From Acidimicrobiales bacterium (GTDB lineage Bacteria; Actinomycetota; Acidimicrobiia; Acidimicrobiales; Bin134), in assembly GCA_965231915.1 (NCBI GenBank), contig OZ246892.1, positions 2,443,247 through 2,507,246 of the forward strand: a DNA stretch of 64,000 nucleotides. Reading direction: 5' to 3'. Numbering within the stretch: the stretch's first letter is position 1; each line of letters opens with the position of its first letter. The notes under the pieces were generated by a model, which saw nothing but the letters and a program-made list of their open reading frames with translations, had not been told where the DNA came from and did not search any database. This document shows, piece by piece, positions 54,779 to 64,000 of this stretch. The position numbers were made by a program, and so were the translations under genes.

Positions 54779-55861
54779 TCAAGTCCCGATGCGCTCACCG
54801 TTGGGAGCAAACACATGAACCGGGCCACGGCATGCGACCTGGACGTTGTCGCCGCGCTGAATCATGGTTTCCCCCTCAGCGCGCACAACAAGAAGGAGCG
54901 GACCACCCTGATGCTCCACGGTGACGTGGACGTATGACTCTGAGCCCAACTCTTCCACCACGGTGACCTCCCCCGCGATGCCCTCGTCAGCCAGTTGCAG
55001 GTGCTCGGGGCGTACCCCGACCGTGTAGGCACCCGGGCCGCGAGCAGCCAGATCATGGGTTATCTGCTCATCGATGGGAAGTGAGAGGGAGCCCAGACGG
55101 AGACCGTCCGCGCCCTCTGAGGAGACTTCGACAAGATTCATTGCCGGCGAGCCGATGAACCCGGCGACGAACAGATTGACCGGATGGCTGTAGAGAGTTC
55201 GCGGTCGGTCCACCTGCTGGAGGAGCCCGTCTTTGAGGACCGCGACCCGATGGCCCATGGTCATGGCCTCCACCTGGTCGTGGGTGACGTACACGGTGGT
55301 AACCCCCAGCCTGGCCTGGAGGTCGGCGAGCTCAGTTCGAGTCTGAACCCTCAGCTTGGCGTCGAGGTTGGAGAGCGGCTCGTCCATCAAGAAGACCTGC
55401 GGCCGGCGCACGATGGCGCGGCCCATCGCCACCCGCTGGCGCTGCCCCCCAGACAAGTTCTTCGGCTTGCGATCCAGATAGGGCTCCAGATCGAGGATGC
55501 GGGCTGCTTCTCGCACTCGCTCGGCCCGCTCCGCCTTCGCGACACCCTGCTGCTTGAGCGCGAATCCCATGTTCGCCTGCACGGTCATATTGGGGTAGAG
55601 GGCGTAGTTCTGGAACACCATGGCGATATCGCGGTCTTGGGGCGGAGTCAGCGTCACATCCTGGTTGTCGATATAGACACTGCCCTGGTCGACGAACTCC
55701 AGCCCGGCCAGCATTCGCAGCGCGGTGGACTTGCCCGAGCCCGATGGGCCCACGAGCACCAAGAGCTCGCCGTCGGGGATGTCGAGGTTCAGCGACCCCA
55801 CCGCGGGAATGTCGGTTCCCGGATAGATTCGACTGGCGTTCTCGTAGCGGACTTCAGCCAT
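54779..55861 (-). CDS. sugar ABC transporter ATP-binding protein (MalK/UgpC/MsmX-like)
   Basis: GPSGSGKST, LSGGQRQRVAMGRA, FLMDEPLSNLD. Confidence 0.95.
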   Translation of the reverse strand: MAEVRYENASRIYPGTDIPAVGSLNLDIPDGELLVLVGPSGSGKSTALRMLAGLEFVDQGSVYIDNQDVTLTPPQDRDIAMVFQNYALYPNMTVQANMGFALKQQGVAKAERAERVREAARILDLEPYLDRKPKNLSGGQRQRVAMGRAIVRRPQVFLMDEPLSNLDAKLRVQTRTELADLQARLGVTTVYVTHDQVEAMTMGHRVAVLKDGLLQQVDRPRTLYSHPVNLFVAGFIGSPAMNLVEVSSEGADGLRLGSLSLPIDEQITHDLAARGPGAYTVGVRPEHLQLADEGIAGEVTVVEELGSESYVHVTVEHQGGPLLLVVRAEGETMIQRGDNVQVACRGPVHVFAPNGERIGT

Positions 55862-55891
55862 GTCCCAGCTCCTTTCGGCACTTGAACCAAA

Positions 55892-56749
55892 TCACTTGAT
55901 CGCTCCCATCGAAAGGCCGCGTATCATCCGCTTCTGGGCCAACCACCCGGCCAATACCACCGGGAGGGTGGCGAGAGTGGACGCAGCCGACAGCTTGGCC
56001 AAGAAGTTGCCGCGAGTGCTGACGTTGGAGGTGACCCAGATGGGAATGGTCGACCCGTCCACCGGGTTGAGCTGGACGGCGAGGAAGAACTCGTTCCAGG
56101 CGAAGATCACGCACAACAGGGCGGTGGCGGCCAGGCCTGGGGCGACGATGGGCAGAATCACCGAGGTGATCTGGCCGCGCAGCTTTGCCCCGTCGATCTG
56201 GGCGGCTTCGATGAGCTCTTTGGGCACTTCGCTGAAGAACGACCGGAGCATCCACACCGCCAGCGGGAGGTTCATCGCGGTGTAGAGGATGATGAGCACC
56301 AGCCGGGTGTTAAGGAGATCCAACTCCCGGGCGATGATCCATAGCGGGAGGATCGCCGCCACCACCGGCAGGAACTTGGTGGAGATGAAGAAGAACAGCA
56401 CATCCCGCCACTTGGCCACGGGCCGAATGGCCAGGGCGTAGGCAGCCGGGACGGCGAGAACCAGCACCAGGATGGTCGAGATCGACACCGCCCACACCGA
56501 GTTCATGAACGCCTCCCTGAAGCCGAGCAAGCCCTGGGTCTGAGAGGTCACCTCGTCGAACCGGTCGAATGTCGGGTCGAAAACAAGCTTCGGGTCGGTG
56601 TTGGCATCAATCTCTTCTTTGAAGCCGTTCAGAACCATCCAGAAGATGGGGAAGAAGAAAACAAGGGCGACCCCCCAGCTCAAGAGTCCCAGAAGGAAGG
56701 AGACAGCTCGCTTCTTCCCAACTTCCATGCCAGTCCTGCCGGTCCTCAC
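55892..56749 (-). CDS. carbohydrate ABC transporter permease
   Basis: Six-TM pattern with the EAA loop EAAQIDGAKLRGQ. Confidence 0.9.
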   Translation of the reverse strand: MRTGRTGMEVGKKRAVSFLLGLLSWGVALVFFFPIFWMVLNGFKEEIDANTDPKLVFDPTFDRFDEVTSQTQGLLGFREAFMNSVWAVSISTILVLVLAVPAAYALAIRPVAKWRDVLFFFISTKFLPVVAAILPLWIIARELDLLNTRLVLIILYTAMNLPLAVWMLRSFFSEVPKELIEAAQIDGAKLRGQITSVILPIVAPGLAATALLCVIFAWNEFFLAVQLNPVDGSTIPIWVTSNVSTRGNFLAKLSAASTLATLPVVLAGWLAQKRMIRGLSMGAIK

Positions 56750-57660
56750 GGCTTCTCACCTTCCAGGAGATTGGACAGCACCCGCAGACCGAAGGTGGCA
56801 ATCACGATTGAGGCGATCACCACCACGATGCTGTAGGCCGAGGCCTGCCCGAACTGCCAGCCGCCGCCGATGGATCGCTGGAAGACGAAGTAGGGCACGT
56901 TGGTGGAGTCGGGTCCCCCACCGGTGATTACATCCACGTAGTCGAAGACCTGGATGAGGTAGATGGAACCCAGCAGGATCCCCAACTCCAGATAGGGACG
57001 GAGCTGGGGCAGCGTGATCTGGAAGAACATCGCCCTGCTCGACGCGCCGTCCACCCGGGCGGCTTCCAACACCGACTGGTCCTGACCCTGCAATCCGGCC
57101 AGAACGATCAACATCATGAACGGCGTCCATTGCCACACCAGCACAGACACGATCGACCACAACGGCCAGCGGGTCACGAACTCGATCCGCTCGAACCCAA
57201 GGGAATCGAGCAGCCAGTTCAACACCCCGAATGACGAGTTGAACACCTGTGTCTTCCACACCAGCCCGGCAACAACGGGCATGATCAGGAACGGGGTGAT
57301 CAACAGCGTCCGAACAAACCCCTGTCCGAAGAACTTTCGGTCGAGCAGGAGGGCGAGAAGCGTTCCCAGCAGCAATGAGAGCAGCACCGCGGAGACCGTC
57401 ATCCAGACGCTGGTCCACACAGCCTCTCGGAAGAACCGATTGTCGAGGAGATCGACGTAGTTGTCGAAGCCGATGAAGTTCCGCGGCTCAGGCGGAACGA
57501 TCTTCCATTCGGTCAGGCTGTACCACAGGCTCAGGATGAAGGGAACCTGGGTGACAACGATGGTGAACACCAGGGCAGGAACAAGGGGGAGCCGACGCCG
57601 CCAACCTTCTCGGCGTTGCAGTCTCTTTACCTGCTCCGCTCGATCTGTCTGCTGCGACAC
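56746..57660 (-). CDS. carbohydrate ABC transporter permease
   Basis: EAARVDGASSRAMFFQITLP. The stop overlaps the downstream start. Confidence 0.9.
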   Translation of the reverse strand: MSQQTDRAEQVKRLQRREGWRRRLPLVPALVFTIVVTQVPFILSLWYSLTEWKIVPPEPRNFIGFDNYVDLLDNRFFREAVWTSVWMTVSAVLLSLLLGTLLALLLDRKFFGQGFVRTLLITPFLIMPVVAGLVWKTQVFNSSFGVLNWLLDSLGFERIEFVTRWPLWSIVSVLVWQWTPFMMLIVLAGLQGQDQSVLEAARVDGASSRAMFFQITLPQLRPYLELGILLGSIYLIQVFDYVDVITGGGPDSTNVPYFVFQRSIGGGWQFGQASAYSIVVVIASIVIATFGLRVLSNLLEGEKP

Positions 57661-57772
57661 GGCTCCCCCTAGCCTGTTCCTGAAATTGTGTTCAACCTAG
57701 GCCAAGCCAACGCATCTCAATCAGAGGACATGCACTTTCTTGGCCAGTGGGTTTTCTCGGGTGAGTGTGCTC

Positions 57773-59221
57773 CTAATTGCTCACTTCGGACGCGATGTCC
57801 TGACACGCACTGAGAGCTGAGTCAACGCTGATCGACCCGGCAATGGCAGCCGAGAACTGCTCGGTGCAGCGGGTGCCGACATCTTGGAACTCGGGCACGC
57901 CGACGTACTGCACGCCCGGCAGGCCCGGACGGGGCGTGGTGCCCGGGTTGTCGATGGGTGCGGCCAGCATGGCGTCAAGCGTCTTCTGGGCAAAGGCCTG
58001 CGCCGCAGCCTGATAGTTAGGATTGGCGTAGGTTGACTCGCGCGTCCCCGGCGGGACCGCGGCCCAGCCTCCAGGCAGCGACTCGCCGGCAGCGTTGATG
58101 TACTCCTCGCTGGTGGCCCAGCTCACGTACTCCCACGCGGTGTCGGGGTCAGAGGAGTTTTGCGGAATGGCCAGCGCCCAGGCCCACAGCCAGCCAGAGG
58201 CATCGGTGACCTTGGTCGGCGCGAGGGCGAAGCCGTTGAGGCCCTTGACCGGGCTGTCGTCGGCTTCGAGGATGCCGGCTGCGACCGTGGCGTCGTACCA
58301 CATGGCCACCTGGCCGTTCTGGTAGAGGCTCAAGCACTCGTTGAAGCTGGCGTTGGCTGCGTCGTCCTGGCCGGCGTCGTTGATGAGCGCGACATAGAAC
58401 TCGAGGGCCTCGCGGAACTCAGGCTGATCAACCTGGGCCGCTCCAATCGAGCCGTCAGCGTTGGCCAGCCACCAGGTGCCGCCGAACGTGTTGAGAACGG
58501 TGGTGAAGGCGGCACCGAGGTCGCCCCAGCCCGGCTTGCCCCGCAAGCAGATGCCGGCCATCTCATCGGAGTCGATGGTGCGGGCGATGTCGGCCAGCTC
58601 ATCCCAGGTGGGGGCGGCCGGCATCGTCAGACCTGCGGCGTCGATGACGTCTTGGCGGTACATGACGAACGAGGACTCCGCATAGAAGGGCGACGCGTAG
58701 AGGCCTCCCTCATAGGAAAGGCCGCCGCGTACTGCGGGGATGATGTCGTCGACGTTCCACTCGGGCGTGTCAGCGGCGAAGTCGTTGAGATCGTAGAGCC
58801 ATCCGTTGGCCCCGAACTGCGGCGCCTCGAACATGCCGATCATGACCACGTCGAACTGCTCGCCCCCGGCGCCCACGTCGCGGGTGACGATCTCGCGCAG
58901 GGTCTGCTCCTCCAGGAACGTGTAGTTGACTTCGATACCGGTCTCGGCGGTGAACAGACTCGGGGTGAGACTGGCAATGTCCTCCATCTGCGGGTTGCCC
59001 ACGATGGCCACGTTGATCGATCGGCTCTCAACCGGGGCTGCGGGGGCTTCAGTGGCCGGAGCGGGGGCTTCGGTGGCCGCAGCAGTGGCCGGTGCATCAC
59101 TCGACGTGTCGCTGTCATCATCGTTGCCGCATGAAGCGGCCACGAGAGCGAACGCCGCGAGCAGGCTGAAAAACAGGAGCCGAATGCTCCACCTCTGTCG
59201 GCTGGTTCTTGTCATTGGCAC
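57773..59221 (-). CDS. sugar/polyol ABC transporter substrate-binding lipoprotein
   Basis: Lipobox LVAASCGNDDD, an Ala/Thr/Pro linker, and a family-1 SBP-like body. Confidence 0.9.
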   Translation of the reverse strand: MPMTRTSRQRWSIRLLFFSLLAAFALVAASCGNDDDSDTSSDAPATAAATEAPAPATEAPAAPVESRSINVAIVGNPQMEDIASLTPSLFTAETGIEVNYTFLEEQTLREIVTRDVGAGGEQFDVVMIGMFEAPQFGANGWLYDLNDFAADTPEWNVDDIIPAVRGGLSYEGGLYASPFYAESSFVMYRQDVIDAAGLTMPAAPTWDELADIARTIDSDEMAGICLRGKPGWGDLGAAFTTVLNTFGGTWWLANADGSIGAAQVDQPEFREALEFYVALINDAGQDDAANASFNECLSLYQNGQVAMWYDATVAAGILEADDSPVKGLNGFALAPTKVTDASGWLWAWALAIPQNSSDPDTAWEYVSWATSEEYINAAGESLPGGWAAVPPGTRESTYANPNYQAAAQAFAQKTLDAMLAAPIDNPGTTPRPGLPGVQYVGVPEFQDVGTRCTEQFSAAIAGSISVDSALSACQDIASEVSN

Positions 59222-59359
59222 TTTCCCCCTTGGGTAGGAACCGGTGGGAGACCTCCTCCCTGACGGTACTTTGCCCGAACTTAGTTGGGTTTATTTGGGA
59301 TTGCAAGCCATAAGGTTGGTTTTATGTGGTTATAGTCCTGAATTTCCGCCACTTTATCT

Positions 59360-60874
59360 GTGTATGTGTTGGTAGTAGGGTGTATGGCCGTGCCAGCCGA
59401 ACCGCCAGACACTCTGCTCCAGAGCCGGTCTCTCCACCGTCTGCGGGCGTCTGTCGCTGTCCCCACCTACGACCGCAGCCAACTCCAGCGCAGCATTGTC
59501 CATGTCGGCGTCGGCGGCTTCCACCGCTCGCACCTGGCCACCTATATCCACGAACTGTGCCAGTCCGGCCACCGCGACTGGTCGATCACCGGGGCCGGCG
59601 TGCTTCCCAGCGATCAGGCGATAGCCGATGCCCTCAAACCGCAGGACTACCTCTATACCCTCATCATTCGGGGCCCCCAGTCCACCGAGGTAGAGGTCAT
59701 CGGCAGCATCGTCGACTATGTTCACGCCTCCCCCAGCGCAGACCGGCTGCTCGCTTCCATCGCCGACCCGGGCACCCAAATCGTGTCGCTCACCATCACC
59801 GAAGGCGGCTACCCGGTAGACGACATCACCGGCGACTACCTCTCCACCTCGCCAACCGCGGGGCCGGCATCGGCCTTCGGCATCCTCGCTGCCGGGCTCC
59901 AACAGCGCTACCAGAACGGCCACTCAGGGCTCACCGTGATCAGTTGCGACAACATCCTCAGCAACGGCTCGGTGGCCCGCACCGCCACCCTCGGCGAAGC
60001 CCACTCATTGGGCGACGACCTCGCCGACTGGATCGCTGACTCGGTCGCCTTTCCCAACAGCATGGTCGACCGCATCACACCGGCTACTACCGACTCCGAC
60101 CGGGCCTGGCTGGCCCAGCACAAGGGCGTCAATGACAACTGGCCCGTTGTCACCGAGTCGTTCCGGCAGTGGGTGATCGAGGACAATTTCGCCGCCGGTC
60201 GCCCCCCTTTCGAGCAACTCGACGTGCTGACCACAACCGACGCCAGGCCCTACGAGCTCATGAAGCTCCGCCTGCTCAACGCAGGCCACTCCTGTTTGGC
60301 CTACCTGGCCGCCCTCAAGGGGATGGAAACCATCGGCGCGGCCATGACCTGTCCCGAGTTAAACAACTTCACGGCGAGCTTCCTAGATCGCGAGGCTCGC
60401 CCCGTCTTGCCGCCCATTGCCGGGATCGACCTCGACCAATACGTGGCGTCGATCATCGCTCGATTCTCCAACGCCAGCATCGGAGACCAGATCAGCCGTC
60501 TTTGCCTAGACGGGTCGGTGAAGTTCCCCAAGTTCCTGTTGCCGACGGTCAGAGCCCAACTCGAAGCAGGAGGGTCAATCAGTCTCAGTGCATTGGCCCT
60601 GGCCGGCTGGTGCGAATATCTCGCGGGGCCGCCGGAGCGCTTGGCCTCCGATCCCATGCTCGACCTAGGTGTGAGCCACGCACGGCGAGCCCAGCACAAC
60701 TCCCCGGCTTTCCTCGACTTCACCGAAGTGTTCGGAGACGATCTGCCGCGCTCGCAGCGGTTCTCCGATGCCTTCGACCAGGCTCTCCGCTCCTTGCGGG
60801 AACGAGGAGTAGAATCTGCCATCAACGAAGCACTGAAAGGGGATAGAGACCTCGGTGACCGACCAGCTGACTGA
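59360..60874 (+). CDS. mannitol dehydrogenase family oxidoreductase (MtlK/UxuB-type long-chain polyol dehydrogenase)
   Basis: IVHVGVGGFHRSHLATYI...SLTITEGGY...CDNILSNG...FPNSMVDRITP. The likely start is the internal ATG at 59384. Confidence 0.9.
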   Translation: MYVLVVGCMAVPAEPPDTLLQSRSLHRLRASVAVPTYDRSQLQRSIVHVGVGGFHRSHLATYIHELCQSGHRDWSITGAGVLPSDQAIADALKPQDYLYTLIIRGPQSTEVEVIGSIVDYVHASPSADRLLASIADPGTQIVSLTITEGGYPVDDITGDYLSTSPTAGPASAFGILAAGLQQRYQNGHSGLTVISCDNILSNGSVARTATLGEAHSLGDDLADWIADSVAFPNSMVDRITPATTDSDRAWLAQHKGVNDNWPVVTESFRQWVIEDNFAAGRPPFEQLDVLTTTDARPYELMKLRLLNAGHSCLAYLAALKGMETIGAAMTCPELNNFTASFLDREARPVLPPIAGIDLDQYVASIIARFSNASIGDQISRLCLDGSVKFPKFLLPTVRAQLEAGGSISLSALALAGWCEYLAGPPERLASDPMLDLGVSHARRAQHNSPAFLDFTEVFGDDLPRSQRFSDAFDQALRSLRERGVESAINEALKGDRDLGDRPAD

Positions 60875-61652
60875 ACCGACCACAACAACACTCTTTCAGA
60901 CCGAGCGCCAGCGAGAGATTGTGGGAATTACGCTGCAAAGCGGTCGAGTCGAAGTGGCCGAGCTGGCCGACCGATTCGGGGTGACCACCGAGACCATCCG
61001 TCGAGATCTGTCCGACCTCCAGCGCCAACAGGTGGTGCGCCGAGTTCACGGCGGGGCGATTCCCTGGGAAACAGACGATTTTGAACCACTCCTGTCGGTT
61101 CGCGCCGATCAGCACGACCCTGAGAAGCGCCGGCTGGCCCAAGCGGCGGTGCAAGAATTGCCCGACACGGGAGCCATCATCATCGACTCGGGCAGCACGC
61201 TCACTCGGTTCGCCGAAGTATTGCCCCGCCACTGCAACCTCCGCGTGGTCACCAATTCTCTGCATACCGCCCAGATCCTGGCCGAATACGAGGATGTCGA
61301 CGTGATCGTGATCGGCGGCAAGCTCCGCAAGAACACCCTGGCCATGGTGGACACCGACGCCGTTGCCGCCGTCAAGCCGCTATTGGTCGACACCTTGTTC
61401 ATCAGCAGCGATGGCCTGTCGGCCACCAAGGGCCTTACCACTCCCTACCGGGAGGAAGCGGCTCTGAAGCAGGCCATGATTAGAGCGGCGCGCCGAGTTG
61501 TCGCCCTCGTCGATCATTCCAAGGTGGGCCAAGACCAGTTCGTCCGCTTTGCCGACTGGTCTGAAGTGGACGTGCTGGTCACCAATTCCGAAGTCGACCG
61601 AGGCATCATCGCCACCATCGAATCGCTCGGCACCACCGTGTTGCTGGCGTGA
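60855..61652 (+). CDS. DeoR/GlpR family transcriptional regulator
   Basis: ERQREIVGITLQSGRVEVAELADRFGVTTETIRRDLSDL plus a sugar-binding C-domain. Confidence 0.9.
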   Translation: MTDQLTEPTTTTLFQTERQREIVGITLQSGRVEVAELADRFGVTTETIRRDLSDLQRQQVVRRVHGGAIPWETDDFEPLLSVRADQHDPEKRRLAQAAVQELPDTGAIIIDSGSTLTRFAEVLPRHCNLRVVTNSLHTAQILAEYEDVDVIVIGGKLRKNTLAMVDTDAVAAVKPLLVDTLFISSDGLSATKGLTTPYREEAALKQAMIRAARRVVALVDHSKVGQDQFVRFADWSEVDVLVTNSEVDRGIIATIESLGTTVLLA

Positions 61653-62443
61653 GCGAAGGCCACCAGTCGGCCCGAGCCCGCCATCTCGAAGACGTGGCCA
61701 TCGAAGTCGCCTCAGCGGCCGCCGGCTATGTACGAGTGCGCAGCGGCCAAGCCACCGCGGCACGAACCAAGAGCTCGCCCACCGACGTGGTCACCCACAC
61801 CGACATGGAGTGCGAGCAGCTCATACGGTCGGAACTGCTGGCACGCTGTCCTGGATCGTCAATAGTTGGCGAGGAACTCGACGACGATGACGGAGGCAAC
61901 AACGTCGGTTGGATCGTCGACCCCATCGATGGGACCGTCAACTTCCTCTACGACTTACCGGTGGTCTCGGTCAGCATTGCCGCAACCATTGATGGCGAAG
62001 TGATGGCCGGAGCTGTTGCCGACATCCACCGAGATGAGGTGTTCTCCGCCACCCGAGACTTGGGGGCGAGGCTTGCGGGCAAGCCCATCTCCCCTACAGA
62101 ACTGGCCGATCTCGACGGCGCACTGGTGGCCACCGGCTTCGCTTATGACGCTGGACTGAGGGCAACCCAGGCCCAAATGCTGACCCGGTTGCTTCCCGTT
62201 TGCCGCGACATTCGGTGCATGGGCTCCGCGGCACTCAACCTCTGCTGGGTTGGATGCAGTCGCCTCGACGCCTACTTCGAGCGCGACTTGAAGATGTACG
62301 ACTATGCCGCTGGTGCTCTTGTCGCGAGCGAGGCCGGGGCCAAGATCGAGCTCCCCTCCACTACGGACCGCAACCTGACCATCGCGGCCACTGGCGGCGT
62401 ATTCGACTCGCTCCGAGCAATCCTGGTCAGCCCCAGCGACTGA
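61649..62443 (+). CDS. inositol monophosphatase family protein
   Basis: WIVDPIDGTVNF and the GSAALNLCWVG motif. Confidence 0.85.
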   Translation: MSEGHQSARARHLEDVAIEVASAAAGYVRVRSGQATAARTKSSPTDVVTHTDMECEQLIRSELLARCPGSSIVGEELDDDDGGNNVGWIVDPIDGTVNFLYDLPVVSVSIAATIDGEVMAGAVADIHRDEVFSATRDLGARLAGKPISPTELADLDGALVATGFAYDAGLRATQAQMLTRLLPVCRDIRCMGSAALNLCWVGCSRLDAYFERDLKMYDYAAGALVASEAGAKIELPSTTDRNLTIAATGGVFDSLRAILVSPSD

Positions 62444-63284
62444 CGCCTCCGGCCAGCAGAGCCTCCAGCAAGGAGGCATCCCCGCCTTCTCCTCCGGCCT
62501 GCCACAGCGCCAACAACGGCGACTCGTCGGTCTCGGCCTCCTCGGCCAGCCGACTGGCCGCAACCACCGCCTCCCACTGGCAGAGCTCATCGCCGGGAAA
62601 CGCCAGCACATCGTGCATCGCCGATACATACGACTTGTGCAACTCCTCTAGCACCGGTCGAGCCACCCTCGGCATGTGCGGCCTGTCAGCCACGGAGTCA
62701 AATGGCCGGATCAACAGAGAAGATCGGACGACGTCAGCGACAGGATGGCCGATGGCGGCGTCGAACCAGTCGATAGCTACGGGACCAGCCGGGCTCATTA
62801 GGACATTTCCGGGGTGAAGGTCGCCGTGCAGGAGTGCCGCGCCGCAGGGCAGGCTCTCCAAGATATGCAGGGCGCGATCTCGCTCGGCCTCGGAGAACTG
62901 TTTGATCTCGATGATCTTCCTTTGCATTCTCCCCACCAACCCGGACACTGCGACGGGTAGCCCCGCCCGAAGGATTTGCCGGTGGATATCTGCCAGTTGC
63001 TTCCCGAACGCCGCGGCGTTCTGGGGACCCTCCACGATCAGCTCCCACATCGACGGACCCCACACCCTCTCAAAGACGATGGCATCCCGCCCTTGGACTT
63101 GCACCACATCCAACACTGCGGGGGCTGGGGCTCCCAGATCGCGCACCGCCGCGGTGAACTCTGCCTCGTCCCCGGCCCAATGGGCGGGAACGGAAGGCCG
63201 GGACACCTTCACTACCGCGCCAGGCCCGAACGTATATACATCTGACGTCCTGCCCACGGCCACCAATTGCCCAGGACGGCTCAT
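62427..63284 (-). CDS. phosphotransferase (APH/choline-kinase-like) family protein
   Basis: LLHGDLHPGNVLMSPAGPVAIDWFDA. Confidence 0.8.
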   Translation of the reverse strand: MSRPGQLVAVGRTSDVYTFGPGAVVKVSRPSVPAHWAGDEAEFTAAVRDLGAPAPAVLDVVQVQGRDAIVFERVWGPSMWELIVEGPQNAAAFGKQLADIHRQILRAGLPVAVSGLVGRMQRKIIEIKQFSEAERDRALHILESLPCGAALLHGDLHPGNVLMSPAGPVAIDWFDAAIGHPVADVVRSSLLIRPFDSVADRPHMPRVARPVLEELHKSYVSAMHDVLAFPGDELCQWEAVVAASRLAEEAETDESPLLALWQAGGEGGDASLLEALLAGGVSRWG

Positions 63285-63291
63285 CGGCCAA

Positions 63292-64000
63292 CTACGCCAG
63301 CATGCCGCCGTCGATTACCAGGACGGCGCCGGTGATGTAGGACGCCGCCGGGGAGGCCAAGAACGCCACTGGCAGGGCTACTTCTTCGGCGGTTGCCCAC
63401 CTTCCCAGGGGGATGCCGATGCCGGCTTCGGCCACCACCGCGTCTTTGTCGTAGCTGTCCCAGCCGCTGGTGTCCACAAAACCGGGGGCAACCGCGTTCA
63501 CCCGCACTCCGTGGGGAGCCCACTCGCGGGCCAGCGCCTTGGTCTGCTGGAACAGGCCGCCCTTGGCCGCCGAGTAGGCCGCCATTCCCGGTAGGTGGCG
63601 CAACCCCGACAACGAGCCCACGTTGACGATGCTGCCCTGGCCCCGCTCGATCATCGACCGGCCGAAGGCCTGTGACACCAGGAACGGCCCCGTCAGATTG
63701 AGGGCCACCGTTTTGGACCAGCCCGGCTCGGCAATGTCCAGCACCGGTGCGGTGAACCGGGCGCCGCCCGCGTTGTTGATTAGAACGTCTACTGGGCCAA
63801 TCGCGGTGGTGACCTGCGCGGCGGCCTTGGAAATGGCGTCGGAATCGGTCACGTCGCAGGGAGCGACGCACACCTCAGCGCCCCTGCTTCGGAGTTCTTG
63901 GGCCAACTCCTCCAGCCGCTCCACTCGACGGGCCATGAGCGCCACCCGTGCCCCCTGCTCGGCCAGCACCCGGGCGATGGCTCCGCCGATGTCGCCGGTG
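63292..64000 (-). CDS. SDR family oxidoreductase; N-terminus lies beyond the right edge
   Basis: NNAG and YSAAKGG motifs. The frame continues open to base 64000 (..TGDIGGAIARVLAEQG..). Confidence 0.85.
   Translation of the reverse strand, partial: TGDIGGAIARVLAEQGARVALMARRVERLEELAQELRSRGAEVCVAPCDVTDSDAISKAAAQVTTAIGPVDVLINNAGGARFTAPVLDIAEPGWSKTVALNLTGPFLVSQAFGRSMIERGQGSIVNVGSLSGLRHLPGMAAYSAAKGGLFQQTKALAREWAPHGVRVNAVAPGFVDTSGWDSYDKDAVVAEAGIGIPLGRWATAEEVALPVAFLASPAASYITGAVLVIDGGMLA

Noticed and set aside
1-64000. CRISPR arrays, tRNA/rRNA genes, integrases, transposases and IS inverted repeats.
   Set aside because: I scanned intergenic regions and ORF translations and found no repeat-spacer periodicity. 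I also recognised no cloverleaf-like or rRNA-like sequence and no recombinase motifs. A proper tRNAscan/Infernal run could still find small RNAs I cannot see by eye.

Overview
High-GC (Actinomycetota-like; taxon cannot be determined from sequence alone) chromosomal segment with about 60 supportable genes. The backbone comprises the following. (i) An ECF sigma factor with two tandem paralogous BNR/Asp-box surface proteins and two PF04909-type amidohydrolases. (ii) xylA-xylB followed by a GrdB/PrdB-family gene that is only intact if an in-frame TGA is read as selenocysteine. (iii) A C1 set: fhs, a selenocysteine formate dehydrogenase and folD. (iv) A large acyl-CoA/lipid or steroid-like catabolic supercluster: thiolase, ACAD, SDRs, two CoA-transferase A/B pairs, LLM oxidoreductases, KstD-like flavoprotein, P450 and two acyl-CoA synthetases. 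(v) A polyol/sugar ABC transporter with a mannitol-dehydrogenase-family gene, a DeoR regulator and an IMPase. Several visibly AT-richer insertions interrupt this backbone. The most interesting is a roughly 10.7 kb defence-type island (about 35.5-46.2 kb). It carries hicAB, a beta-class N6A/N4C DNA methyltransferase, and a Dcm fused to an EndoIII-type Fe-S-loop extension. It also carries a cytoplasmic double-GHKL histidine kinase, a receiver protein with an unrecognisable roughly 240-aa output domain, a decayed methyltransferase 3' fragment, an HNH nuclease and an AAA/DUF4143 ATPase. I propose the kinase/receiver pair as a candidate undescribed phospho-relay anti-phage module. Other notable points are listed here. 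There are two TGA-selenocysteine genes, one with an fdhF-like SECIS hairpin. The formate dehydrogenase alpha subunit is cleanly split and gene-order-permuted. Four indels cluster in the NuoF-like subunit. A 0.8 kb toxin-antitoxin-like mini-insertion is flanked by 44-nt direct repeats that duplicate the 3' end of the selenoprotein gene. An AT-richer RCC1-repeat lipoprotein gene is wedged into the C1 cluster. I recognised no rRNA, tRNA, CRISPR array, integrase or transposase.
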